DNA of 64,000 nt. Origin: Acanthaster planci (lineage: Eukaryota). Each line of letters begins with the position of its first letter. Positions within the stretch are counted from its first letter, which is position 1. The notes below the pieces were generated by a model that was not told where the DNA came from, ran no database searches, and worked only from the letters and a program-made list of their open reading frames with translations. A program made the position numbers and the translations under genes. Of the stretch, positions 12,442 through 24,400 are shown in pieces. The stretch is from positions 1,743,838-1,807,837 of the forward strand of contig NW_019091362.1 in the NCBI RefSeq assembly GCF_001949145.1, given 5' to 3'.

Positions 12442-15400
12442 ATGGATTTCGACGACCAAAATTCAGAGGGGCTCCCCAAGGATTCCTTCGCTATTTTTGT
12501 TGCTGAAGGAGATGTTCTTTACAAGCAGGGAGAATACAGGAAAGCTCTAGAAAGTTACACTACAGTGAGTAAGACTTCGTCAGAGTCTGCCTGCAAGTCA
12601 AAATCTAAGAAGCTAACAACTTTTTTGCACTCTTTTCAGTTGTTTTGCCAGATGGATATTCTTTGAGGAATTCCTTCTTGGAGCGGGGATTTATTCATAG
12701 GCTACATGTATGTCAATCATGACATTGTTTCCATCGTCATACTAGGCCCCATTATTTTAATTTGAGGGACCGCTGCTAATTTACTTGGCCCTGGTAATAC
12801 TAGTACTAGTAGTATTAGCTGATGGCAATGATTCGTATGACTGAAACCTGTTAAGCCTAGGCCTAATTCTCTTATTTGTATGCTTTTTACTAGAAAATAT
12901 CACGACAATTGACAGGCATGCTGGATCATTCAAACTGTATTTTAAAAAAAAAATTGGCAAAGCTGGGCTCGGCTATTTTTTTTTATAAAGTTGTACATAG
13001 CCTGAAAACATTATCAGCAAGAGGATTAAGCAAGGCTTACGAGCCATGCTGAGGCATGCCAGGCTAGACTAATCAGTGTTGTCAATGTATTGATTCGAAA
13101 TGATGATCAATAGGCTTTATCTTGAAGAAATCAATTGAGGTAAGAAGGTGTCATTAGGCATGCATATTCATGAACCAAGATGCTGTTGCTATGAGAGCCA
13201 TGATAGCCGGCAGTGAGGACTAACTAACTTCCATGTTGCTTTTCTGATCCTACGTTTGGATTCTGAAATGCACAATGTATGTCACCTGCTGCAACATTTT
13301 GGGCATGAAGACCGACAGAATCTTTGTCCAGGGAGTCTTTACAAAGACAGTGACTTTGAATTTGGCCTAGCTGAAAGAATGGAATTCTGAGTGTGCTTGT
13401 GAAAGAGGAAATCACACGGGAGACATACACAAGGTTTAGAGACTAATTCCAGGAAAGGAAGATAATTAGAGTCTGAAGTCGTTGAGGGTTACTACAACAC
13501 TTGGAACATTGTCCATGTATCCATTGGTTTGAACTTTGGTACTGGAATAGAAAATCAACCAGTGAACTCGACACTTGGTGAGGTACTTGTTTGACAAGTT
13601 TTGAGGAGTTCATAGATTAAAGAGTCATGGATTACGTCGACCCAGCTCTAGAGAGAGAGGAACAGCTGAAGCTACTCCAGTCGTACATTGGGGAAGCCGA
13701 AGATCACATGAGGAAGAGGGACTACCAGAGAGCGTTAGAGAGCTACAACCTCGTAAGGCTTTCCGGGTCTCCGTGGCACTTTGTGGTTTGAGAGTGCTTG
13801 CACTTGTTCACCAGACTTCTAGTGTGTCTACCTGTGGTATTAGATTCAAGAAGATTCCACAGTGTTCACAGAATGATTTTTGTTGCACGTATGCATTGTA
13901 ACACCATGCACATCATCCACGTTAATATGAGTTTGCTGTCTAGCTGTACATGTACGCTGTACACTACATGACCCTTGCAATAATGGTGAAACATTTAGGG
14001 AAGAAAGTAGACCCAAAAATTATTTAACCTTAAGTCATGAAATTTTCCAACTCTCCTATTTGCGACCACAAAATAAGGTCTGAAAAATCAGGTTGAGAAG
14101 AAGTAGAGCAAGTCTAAATTGACTCTTGGTGTCGCTGATGAAGCTATCAAAACACAGCATGTACAGATGTAATTAAATCAAATAGGCAAAAGGGGGAATT
14201 TATGATTTCAAAAAGGCGCAATGGTTGTTGCTATAGACTTAGAAAATTACATGTACATGTAACTCCAGGCCAAAAACAGTGGTACATCGATAAGAATTGA
14301 TCAACACTAACATAATGAACACAGGGGCTGTCAGTATAAAAAAAATGAACATGCATTGTGTTGCTGTGACAAACCTGTAAAAAAAGGTAACAATTTAATA
14401 TCTGTTGCTTGAAACTAACCCTACTATAACATTCGCCAGTTACATGTACTCCACTCTAAGTACTTGTCTGTATTCCTTTAGGCTCTGGAAATAGAACCGT
14501 CCGACAAAAATTGCCTGGTAGCCCGCTCCAAATGCCACTTACAGCTTGGCGATTCCAAGGCTGCACTTGAGGACGCCAACGCCTCCCTTAGTGAAGATGA
14601 GAAATACATCAAGGTGAGTTTACAAATCAGTGGACTCTTTGACCCTTAAAGGCCGGCTCGTGCTTTGCCTGAAAATAAAAGTGAATGCAAATTTGTGACA
14701 TCATTTCAAATATTCATGTTGCAAATTAGCAAGAGTTGAACACATTTGACCTTGAGTGAAATTTCACCGCAAAGTTGTTATGACGTCAAATTCGCTTGGC
14801 TTTTGCATTTGCATGAAGTATGAACCGGCCTTAACTCGGTACTGGTGATTCACCACTGTGCCTTTGACACAGAGTATTCCATGATTATAACAAATAATGA
14901 CAAAAAGGAATAAACTGTCACTTAAACCCCACCACACAATGACATAACCAAACCACTATAAGTTGGAGACTGACATGTTTCAAGGTTCTTCTTGTTAGGG
15001 TAATATGTGAATTAAAGTTAAGATGCCAAGCAAGCATACTGTCTCCTGTTATGAACGTTGTTCACTCCATTAGTCTATTTGAAGTATGGTGGACACAATA
15101 GGGAGGTGCTGTTTGATTTGGGTAAATTGTTTTTAAACCCAAATTTATGCTTCAAATAGTGCTTTCCTGTTGTGTCCACCATGCTTCAAAAAGGTTAACT
15201 TAACTCATTGAAACTGAAATGGTCACATTTCTCCAAATACTACCAAAAAACCCTAGTGAGCATTATTGGTGCTGTATGTAATTACATTAAGTTAAAGTCC
15301 AGAGTTTTCTGCTTTGCGGAAAATCTGCAATAATCACAGACTTGGGGGTAGAAAGTGGAAAACGCAATTCTTGGTAAAAAAAAATAATAAAACAAATAAA

Positions 15401-18400
15401 TATTTTTGATCATTTCTGCACAATTAATCAAATAAATATGAACCCAGATTAAGAATGACAACTCATTTTCACTGTTTAACTCACTTTGAAAGTAACATTT
15501 AGTAGCGTTTCCCCAGCTGTTTTTTCTTTGCGATATCGCAGAATTTGGTATTGATTTCTTCCGGCTCCGCACTGCGGAGATCACACAGGTCCCATTCCCT
15601 ACATAGTGCCCAGACGTCTTACGGCTTATGAATAAATCAATAGGGACGGGGACCAGTCCAAGATCACAGTGGCATGGTGCGTGTAGGCCCTACATGTATC
15701 ATTATGCCAAAGATACCTGTAAATGTAGGCCTACAGTACATATGTCCAGTCACATACAGTTTTTGTACACAAAATTTAGAAAGTTGAAGAAAGCAGAATT
15801 TGACTTTCAGAAAGCAGAAAATTCTTGAATTATACTTTAACAGCTCTTTTTTCTGTCGATCCTTTGATACTGTCTCCAAACCCAATTTTTTTCTGGAGCT
15901 AGGCTTGTGGTGGCAGCAAGTTACTTTGGATCTGTGTGTTTTAAGTCTGATTTTTGTCGAGATTTGGCTAAAATACAGCAAATGTTACAGTGGAAATCTA
16001 CTAAAATATTCAAGACATTTGACATCTTTTTTTGACAGGGACTGCTTCAGAAGGCAGAAGCCCTCTATCAGATGGGCAACTTTGAGTCGGCGCTAATGTA
16101 CTATCACCGCGGCAACAAGTTAAGACCAGAGCTTCAAGATTTCCGTCTTGGCATTCAGAAGGCACAGGAAGCCATTGAGAACTCAGTTGGGAGTAAGTTA
16201 TCCAAAAGCAGGTTCAATTATTGCCATTCTCATGTGTTTATGAGTCTTCTCAGAGCGNNNNNNNNNNNNNNNNNNNNNNNNNNNNNNNNNNNNNNNNNNN
16301 NNNNNNNNNNNNNNNNNNNNNNNNNNNNNNNNNNNNNNNNNNNNNNNNNNNNNNNNNNNNNNNNNNNNNNNNNNNNNNNNNNNNNNNNNNNNNNNNNNNN
16401 NNNNNNNNNNNNNNNNNNNNNNNNNNNNNNNNNNNNNNNNNNNNNNNNNNNNNNNNNNNNNNNNNNNNNNNNNNNNNNNNNNNNNNNNNNNNNNNNNNNN
16501 NNNNNNNNNNNNNNNNNNNNNNNNNNNNNNNNNNNNNNNNNNNNNNNNNNNNNNNNNNNNNNNNNNNNNNNNNNNNNNNNNNNNNNNNNNNNNNNNNNNN
16601 NNNNNNNNNNNNNNNNNNNNNNNNNNNNNNNNNNNNNNNNNNNNNNNNNNNNNNNNNNNNNNNNNNNNNNNNNNNNNNNNNNNNNNNNNNNNNNNNNNNN
16701 NNNNNNNNNNNNNNNNNNNNNNNNNNNNNNNNNNNNNNNNNNNNNNNNNNNNNNNNNNNNNNNNNNNNNNNNNNNNNNNNNNNNNNNNNNNNNNNNNNNN
16801 NNNNNNNNNNNNNNNNNNNNNNNNNNNNNNNNNNNNNNNNNNNNNNNNNNNNNNNNNNNNNNNNNNNNNNNNNNNNAAGCTCCGTAGTCACTGCGGAAGA
16901 CCCGAGCAGGCACACTGCCAGGATCTGGCAAGGACCCTGTCTCCTTGGTCAATCGCTGGCCTGGCAAGCCAGCTTGGACTCCCAGAGAATATCCCATCAG
17001 ACGTCTACTGGGCCCGTTCTGCCATCATGAGGTACACCACGCCTTTCGCCCGACATGACCCAGAGGAATCCACGCAGTGTGCCAGCCAGCATTCCCCGGC
17101 GACACTGAAGAGCATCATCCGCCGTTCGACATTGGCCTAGAAGACTTCTTCTCCGGCAGCCCCCCGGGCGTACTCCCTTTCGCCCATATACCAAAGTCAC
17201 CAGGCGGGGCTCCCCGCAAGTTCCATGGCCCACCCCACCTGGTGTGCCGTCGAGCCATGACACCCTGACTCCCGCTAACCCCCTTTCGGGTCCCGCGCAG
17301 CTTAACAGGGTTTTTACACACCTGGGTATTCAAGCCCCCCATCCGCAGCTCTGGCTTTCAACTGGATATCACTGGGTCATCTGACTTCATTTCTCCTGGT
17401 CCCTCTGCGGGGAATTCTGCAACCCCGTTGACCTCGACTGGGACTGCTCCTGGGCGTTCCACGGCCCTGGCTGCCACCTCTGCTGCCAGGCCGCCCACCA
17501 CCGGGTGCTTCAAGCACTCTGCAGCTTGGGCTTTTAATCGGCATCACCGGGTCATTGGACCTCATTTCTTCTGGTCCCTCGGAATTCTGCAGTTCCCATT
17601 GACCTCGACCGGGAACGCACCCGGGCGTTCTGCCTCTCGCGGCCCCGTCTGCCACCTCTGCTCCGCTCCAGCCTAACGGTCCTTCGCTCAACTACCCACT
17701 AATCTATGGGCACCCCGGCTCTTGACTATAGCACCTGCCTACTTCAGTCAATGCAAAGTCATCGTGTCTTTGGTTGAAGATGACACCGATTTTATCGGCG
17801 TCCTCACTGCCTATGACATATTCCAGATCCCGAATCCTCCGTCAGCCTCCCTTCCGGAGGAAGACACTGACCACGCCTGTGCCAGTCAACCGACCGCCCC
17901 ACGTCTTCAGATACTCTTGCTACAGGGCTCCCATTCGTGACGTAGGTTCTTTACCTTAGCGGACTGCTCCCCCTTGTAAGGTCGGAGTGGCCCTGGACAA
18001 CGTCTCCTTGTCGAGTTCTGCCTTAAAGCAGAACGTCTTGGAGACAACTACTGTGCTAAACACAGTGGAACGCTGTTATAACAGGGTCATTGGAACCTTA
18101 CAAATTCCTTATGTTATCAGTTACGGAAAATAAATGAATGGAAAAAAAGAAGAAATTCTTTGTCATAAATATGACCTTGTATTATAAATTATAAATATTA
18201 TAAATGCTCGTCCTGTCTGTCTTTGATTATAACATGTATTGTGAGAGTCTTTCGGGCGGCCTCCTCAATGAACATGAGCCTCTGCCCCATATTTCCAGGC
18301 GGCCGTTACATGCAAATGCGACCTTGCTAGTTTTCCAACATGTCTACAGCGTGGGCATCCAGACGTAATCCACATGGCAGCACTTTCTGAGCCATTTTTC

Positions 18401-21400
18401 CAGATCGTTGCCCCGGTGAGTACGCTGTCGGACGCGGACCCAATCCCGAGTCTCCGTCACAGCCTTCTGGAGCTCCTCTGGCTACCATCGGTAGGCTCTC
18501 CCAGGCCACGGAGAAGTGAGTCCACGCTTTACCTGGTGATCTCTAATAACCGCTACAAGTCTAAACCTACCGGCATTCGAGACTATGTTACCAGGCACCA
18601 AGACAGGAACGAACAAATAACATTTTCCAGGCAGTTTTCCTATCTTTTTCAATTCTGTCACTTGCGGTAAATTTGTCATCGTGACGCAGACCTACCGCTG
18701 CGTCTCTCCAGTCCGCATCCCCAGACATCCGAACCTAACGTTCTTCAAGCCATTGGGATTTTTACACACCCCTTGGCACCCCGTAATTCCGGTTTCCCCA
18801 AGGGGCCCTGCGGGAGAAATTTTTTAAATCTATTTCCACAGCGTCTCACGACGTACAATCCTGTGATCAGCAGAACGACCATTTTGTGACCCCCCCTTAC
18901 GTGGCCCCAAATGAGCACAGATTCTGCTGTGTGGTCCTGCCATAATGCACACTTTGCAAACACGTGTTCACTTCAAAGTGAGCGTGTCCAAAATCTGTTT
19001 ACTGTGACTGTTACGAGGTCTGTCAAAACGAGGCCTGCTGTGAGTCACCTATTTTGTTGTGATAGTTTAGCGGGCTTTCTCTTCCGATATTAACGCTCAA
19101 TGTGATCGAAACGAAGAGAGAGAATTCTGTCAGACCCTATTTGTTTCTGAAATGAATACTTTATTAGTGCTTAGCATGACTTCGGACATCGAAATGGTTT
19201 TGTTGTGTTTTTTGTCCTCGGAGATTTTCCTTGAGTGGAAATTACTGGCAATATCGCAAACGTCATGCGACCTGACTCCTCTATGCCAGCCATTTATTTT
19301 TTACACATGTTTGAAAATGATCAAAGTTTTCCGTGGCAGTCAGGACGCCAGTGGCTACGCTGGGTACGGAACACGGCTTACCTTCAATTTGACATGAACG
19401 TCAAATAACTTTACCTGCCTTACACACACCCGTGTCAGGTTGGCCTTTCTCCTGAAAATGGTTATGTCCTGAGGAGGCAGCAAACTATAGGCTCTCCCCA
19501 TTGCCAAAGGCCATCTATGTTATGTTGGGAGCCGCATGGTGTTCACCTCATTCCTTTGATCGGCTTCCTGACAAAGGATCAGACTCCCTCACCCGATCCG
19601 TCCGATATCTTTACACTCTCCGCCTCCTCACATCCTGGGGATGGTGCGGATAAACTTTGGGGGCCTGTTCATGTCATGAAGTGGTACCTGACTAAAAGGA
19701 TAGTATGAAAGGGATGACATTAATCCCATCGCTTATCACTTTCATGAGACCGCACCGTCCAGCGGTGTCAGTACACTATTGCCTGCTGGACGGCTTCGGC
19801 CATTAGACTTGCTTATCCCGTCTGGCCGTTAAGCTCTGATGAATAAAGTCATTACTACATCAGGGTTCATGACGTAAGAGCAGGATCTGCATCTTGGTCT
19901 TACTCTTGAGATTTTTGCATTGCAAACATCTGCAAAACGGCATGTTGGAAGTCTCCTCCTACCTCCTGCAACTTGAGGGATGTCCTGCAGAGCGACATCC
20001 CAAGTGGCAGGACAATCCTACTGTCCACAGAGCAGAGGTCAAAGAGACCTCCTGAAGGACGGATGGCAAGTCATTAGGAAGTTCCTTAACCATTTCCTAA
20101 ATTTTTACATTCCTCCTTGTTTATATGTAAAAGTGCATTCTCGGCATTAGATGTGTTGGCACCAACCCTCCACCGAGACTGGTGCTACACTGCATATGAA
20201 GTGACTGTTTGGGTTGGTAGAGTGTCGTAGACTCTTTTCCAACATTAAGTTTGGGTCGGGGCTACTAGAGAATACCTACTCAAACAGTCCTCTCCCGCCC
20301 GTCCTCCCCACTCTGGCTGCGACCATTTTGAGTCACTTTCGAAAAGAAGGATGATCATGGCGGCAAGGCAGTGCTGCATTTTGGGACGTCAGGGTGCACC
20401 ACGGGTGATCAAATCTTTTCAGCGAATGAATGATACGCACGTGGGAAACTTGCATATGTAGTGACTGTTTGGGTAGGTATTCTTTAGTAGACCTGACCCA
20501 CACTTAATGTGGGAAAGGAATTTTTGAAAGGTATACTATTGTGACATCAGAATAATTCGGAACATCTCTCAGCATGGCTATTCAGTTGCACCTATTGAAT
20601 TCTATTCTTCAACCTGAGTTCAAATGAATTACTTTTGAGTGCATCATCTGACATGCTCTGTTTTCTCTGCTTTGTTCTTTGAATGTGACCAGTAAACAAG
20701 CATTGTGTTTGATGATTCATCTTTTGGAATAAACTCATCAAATGACAGGACCGTAATGATATCTCACGTTGTTTACATCTGTTCTTTCCTATAGCAGTGA
20801 GGTGGGATATGATGCATTGAGTCCTCATAGCAAAGCGCACATGTATGTAAACAAAGCATGGCATCCATATGTTGTAAGTCTATTGAAGGACAACGTGATC
20901 ATGCAAAGGCAGTGGTAGTTTTTAATCATCCCTTATAACTTAGGACTCTTTTCAGATAATATTTACAAAGTTAAACAAATTGTGTGCAGAGAAGCATCTC
21001 AAGAAATCACATCCTTGATTTCCAGGTCCAGCAGTTGTAACGCTGGAGGCAGTCGGAGATTTGTCACACTTTCACAAACAAGATGAAGTGAGTATACATG
21101 TACTCATTACCTTACCTGTTAATTCCGTTCATGGGCACTTTGTTCTGTTATCAAGAATCCATTTAGCTTTCTCTCTTCAGCCTAATATATTATTGCACTG
21201 GACAACATCCCTCTTAATGTCTCAAGAGTTGAAAATTAAGTTTGAAGTACAGTAAATTGGAGTAAACTGTTGATGTACAATAATTCACTCCTCAACTACA
21301 TGTATATTACTCACTGTGGCTAACTGTTAATGTTTGAAAACAAAAATTCTTAAAAATTATAATGTTACTTGTATGTCATTTTTATGTTGGTTTCATCTTG

Positions 21401-24400
21401 TGTGGTCAGTTTCACAGTTTTTCTATGTATGTGTACTTAGAAAAAAATATTGGAGTAAAGGTGGTTAGAAAGTTTTGAACAAAGTGCTCTAGTCTTAGTT
21501 ATGGACTTTGATCCTTACAGAGCAAGACAAAGAAAGCCCCTCGGATCGGGTACAGCAAGCCGTCCACCAAACTGCTAGACGAAAAGAAGAAACGACGGCA
21601 GCCCAGGCCAGAGAAATCTGAGAAGGAGAAGGAGACCACCAAGCAGTTGCTGGGGGAGCTGTATGCTGACAAGGTCTTCCTGGACAAGCTGCTGAAGGAC
21701 GACGGTCTGTTGTCTCGGCAATTCCTTTGCAGAATGCAATGAGCAATGATTAGTTTGGCGGAGAAATAAAATCTTTGCATAATGAGACTTAATAATATGG
21801 ATTTGGTAGTTATTTCTGCATCAATTCAGTAACCTGTAAAACTCAGTGGTTGAAGGATGGGACCTTCAATTGCCACTAGTAAGGTACTTTTTGGTTCATA
21901 TTCCATCCTAGTGAAAGAATCAATACTTTCCACCATCTCTCAATGAGCATTGAGCCCACCTCTGGAAACTTGATGTCGTTAAAGGATAAAAACCCAATAT
22001 CAAATTTAACTACATGTATTCCTTAAAACCCAGTATCAAACTTTGCATCATCCTGATGCTCAAAGTCCATCAGAGGTAATTTTGCTGTTTCGAAAAGAAG
22101 GAAATTAAAATGTCTGGCTTGTAGTTGCTGCTGCTCGTTTAAAATAAGAAGCTGGTTGGTGTACATTTGCTCTTCTGTTTGGTCATATTTTGGGCAACCA
22201 ACTGTAAATTTCTGGTATTTTAACCACTGCATGCCAGGATTATTTGTGCTAAAACCCACAATGAGTAAAACATAACCAAGTTTGAAAACGATGTTCAACG
22301 CCACATATGCTGGCTCTAGAGAGTCATTTGGACAATATTCATCTAATACTTCTGACTGTAACTTCATATTGTTTAACACCTACTGAAGGCCCTACTTGGA
22401 CAAGGATATTTGGTGCGATGACAGGCCACGTGGAGCAAGTTTAAGCATAGGCCATCTTCATGGTCTTGCTTGACATTGTGTTTACAAAAGAAAAGGGAAA
22501 AAAGGATGTGTATACATGTCAACTCTTACAGTTTTAACCGTCAGCTGCCCCTGTGAGGACACATTGCAGGATCATGTGTAATGTCCTCATGCATGACCTG
22601 GTTACGTAGTCACAAGTATGCTCACACATTTCCACACTCCCTTCTGATCAGATTTGACCAGGATAGATACGGACAGCGGCAACCGCATCTATGACCTGGT
22701 CAACCAGGGCATCGACTACCTGGACACCCGAACAGAGTTCTGGCGGCAGCAGAAGCCCATGTATGCCCGCAAGAGGGAGAAGGAGATGGCCAAGGGCCAG
22801 CAGGACAAGGGCAAGGCCAAGCCCTCCGATCCGGCCAAGTATGTCCTGAAGAACCTGGAGGAGATTGACGCAGGTGGGTGTCCGTAGTCTCAATTGAGTC
22901 TGCTACAAGTCCATATCGAAAAGGTCAATCACCAGTCAGAATCAGAGGAATGGTACAACGGAATCAAAGAACGATAAAGAATGCCTTCTTGCTGTCACAT
23001 TTAAATATTTAAATACCATGTCCCATGACTCGATTTGCTTGTTAAACAACTGTAAGTTTGCACAAAACACTTCTCTTTTTTCAGTGCTAGCACCCTCTTC
23101 CAAGCACGTAACAAGATTGTGACCCCTTAAAATAAGATCTGATGTTAGTTTTGGAGAAGGTTGATTTCCAAACATAAGACTTTTCTTTGGTTCTAACCGT
23201 TAGTAGTAGCACTCTCTGTGGTGTGCTTTTGTGTCTTTCCCATAATACGGGCGACTCACGATAGTGCGCCACCAAGAGTTTGCAACGCCTTGGCCAATCA
23301 CAACGCACGAAATTGTCGATCCTTTCCAAACGCGCCTTGGGTTGGCAAATTTCATGCATTGTGATTGGCCAATGCATTGCAAACTTTTGGTGGCGCACTA
23401 TTGTGAAATGGCCGTATTGTGTTGTGAAAGTGTTGTTTTCAATGTAGAGTCTTATTTTGTGGTAAGTTTTATTTTGTCCTGTGCATATGTTCAGAATATT
23501 AAGGTAGCACTGTTCTCTCTTCTAAAACATCTAATCCAATAATAAAAACCGGGCCGTGTGTTTATTATCAGTGATCTTATCTCACCTTTGCAGCCCTTGC
23601 TGACGGCAGACCCAAGGAAGCTCTGAAGCAGGCCCAGAAGGTCTTGAAGACGGTGGAGAAGTGGAGGGATGAGGACGTACCCGATAAGCAGGAGTTCCTG
23701 TCCAACCTCCACAGCTCCCTGGGCAATGCTTACCTAGACATGGGCAAGATGGGAGAGGCGCTGGAACACCATCGCATCGATCTGCAGATCTCCAAAGAAA
23801 AGTAAGTCGGCCTCTCCATATCGCTTGATCAATTCATTAAGCCCGACCTACCACACAAGCTCGGAACAATACACGCACCTCTCCAATGCCACACTTGATG
23901 CTCTAGCTGCTGTTATCACAGTAGAATGTCAGTGGGTACATGCTAGACTTTTATTCTGTGTTGTAGGTGTAGATGGTTAGCACATCTGAGTTAGGGGTTC
24001 AACATGGGTGGATGTGTTGTACCCTTACTTACCCCTATCTCATTGTCAACAACTGTTTTGTTGTACTGTAGAGGTACCTGTGAATGCTGATCTTGACAAA
24101 TGGAGTTTGCTCACCAGTAGATTTTGTCGATGACAAATTTGACCATGGTAAAAGTGAGCCTGTGCATTATTTGAAAGGGCTAGGTCATTTGAAAACAAAG
24201 CCCCAGATGCAACGCCAGCTCAAAGTTGTTCTGTGCATGTGAGACTGTGTGCAGCTGTGGTGATAGGGCTGACCTCGCGTGTGCTCATCGATCTTCTTGA
24301 ATGACCGACGACATACTCCAATTGGAATACTGAACTGACTCATTGTCAGGCATTTTCAATAGTCATAGTTCTCACAAATGTGGAACACTTGACATCTTGA

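Noticed and set aside
16072..17030. Long ORFs of 220-270 aa in the ORF track
   Set aside because: Artefacts of translating through the N gap; the same applies to 6614-6883.
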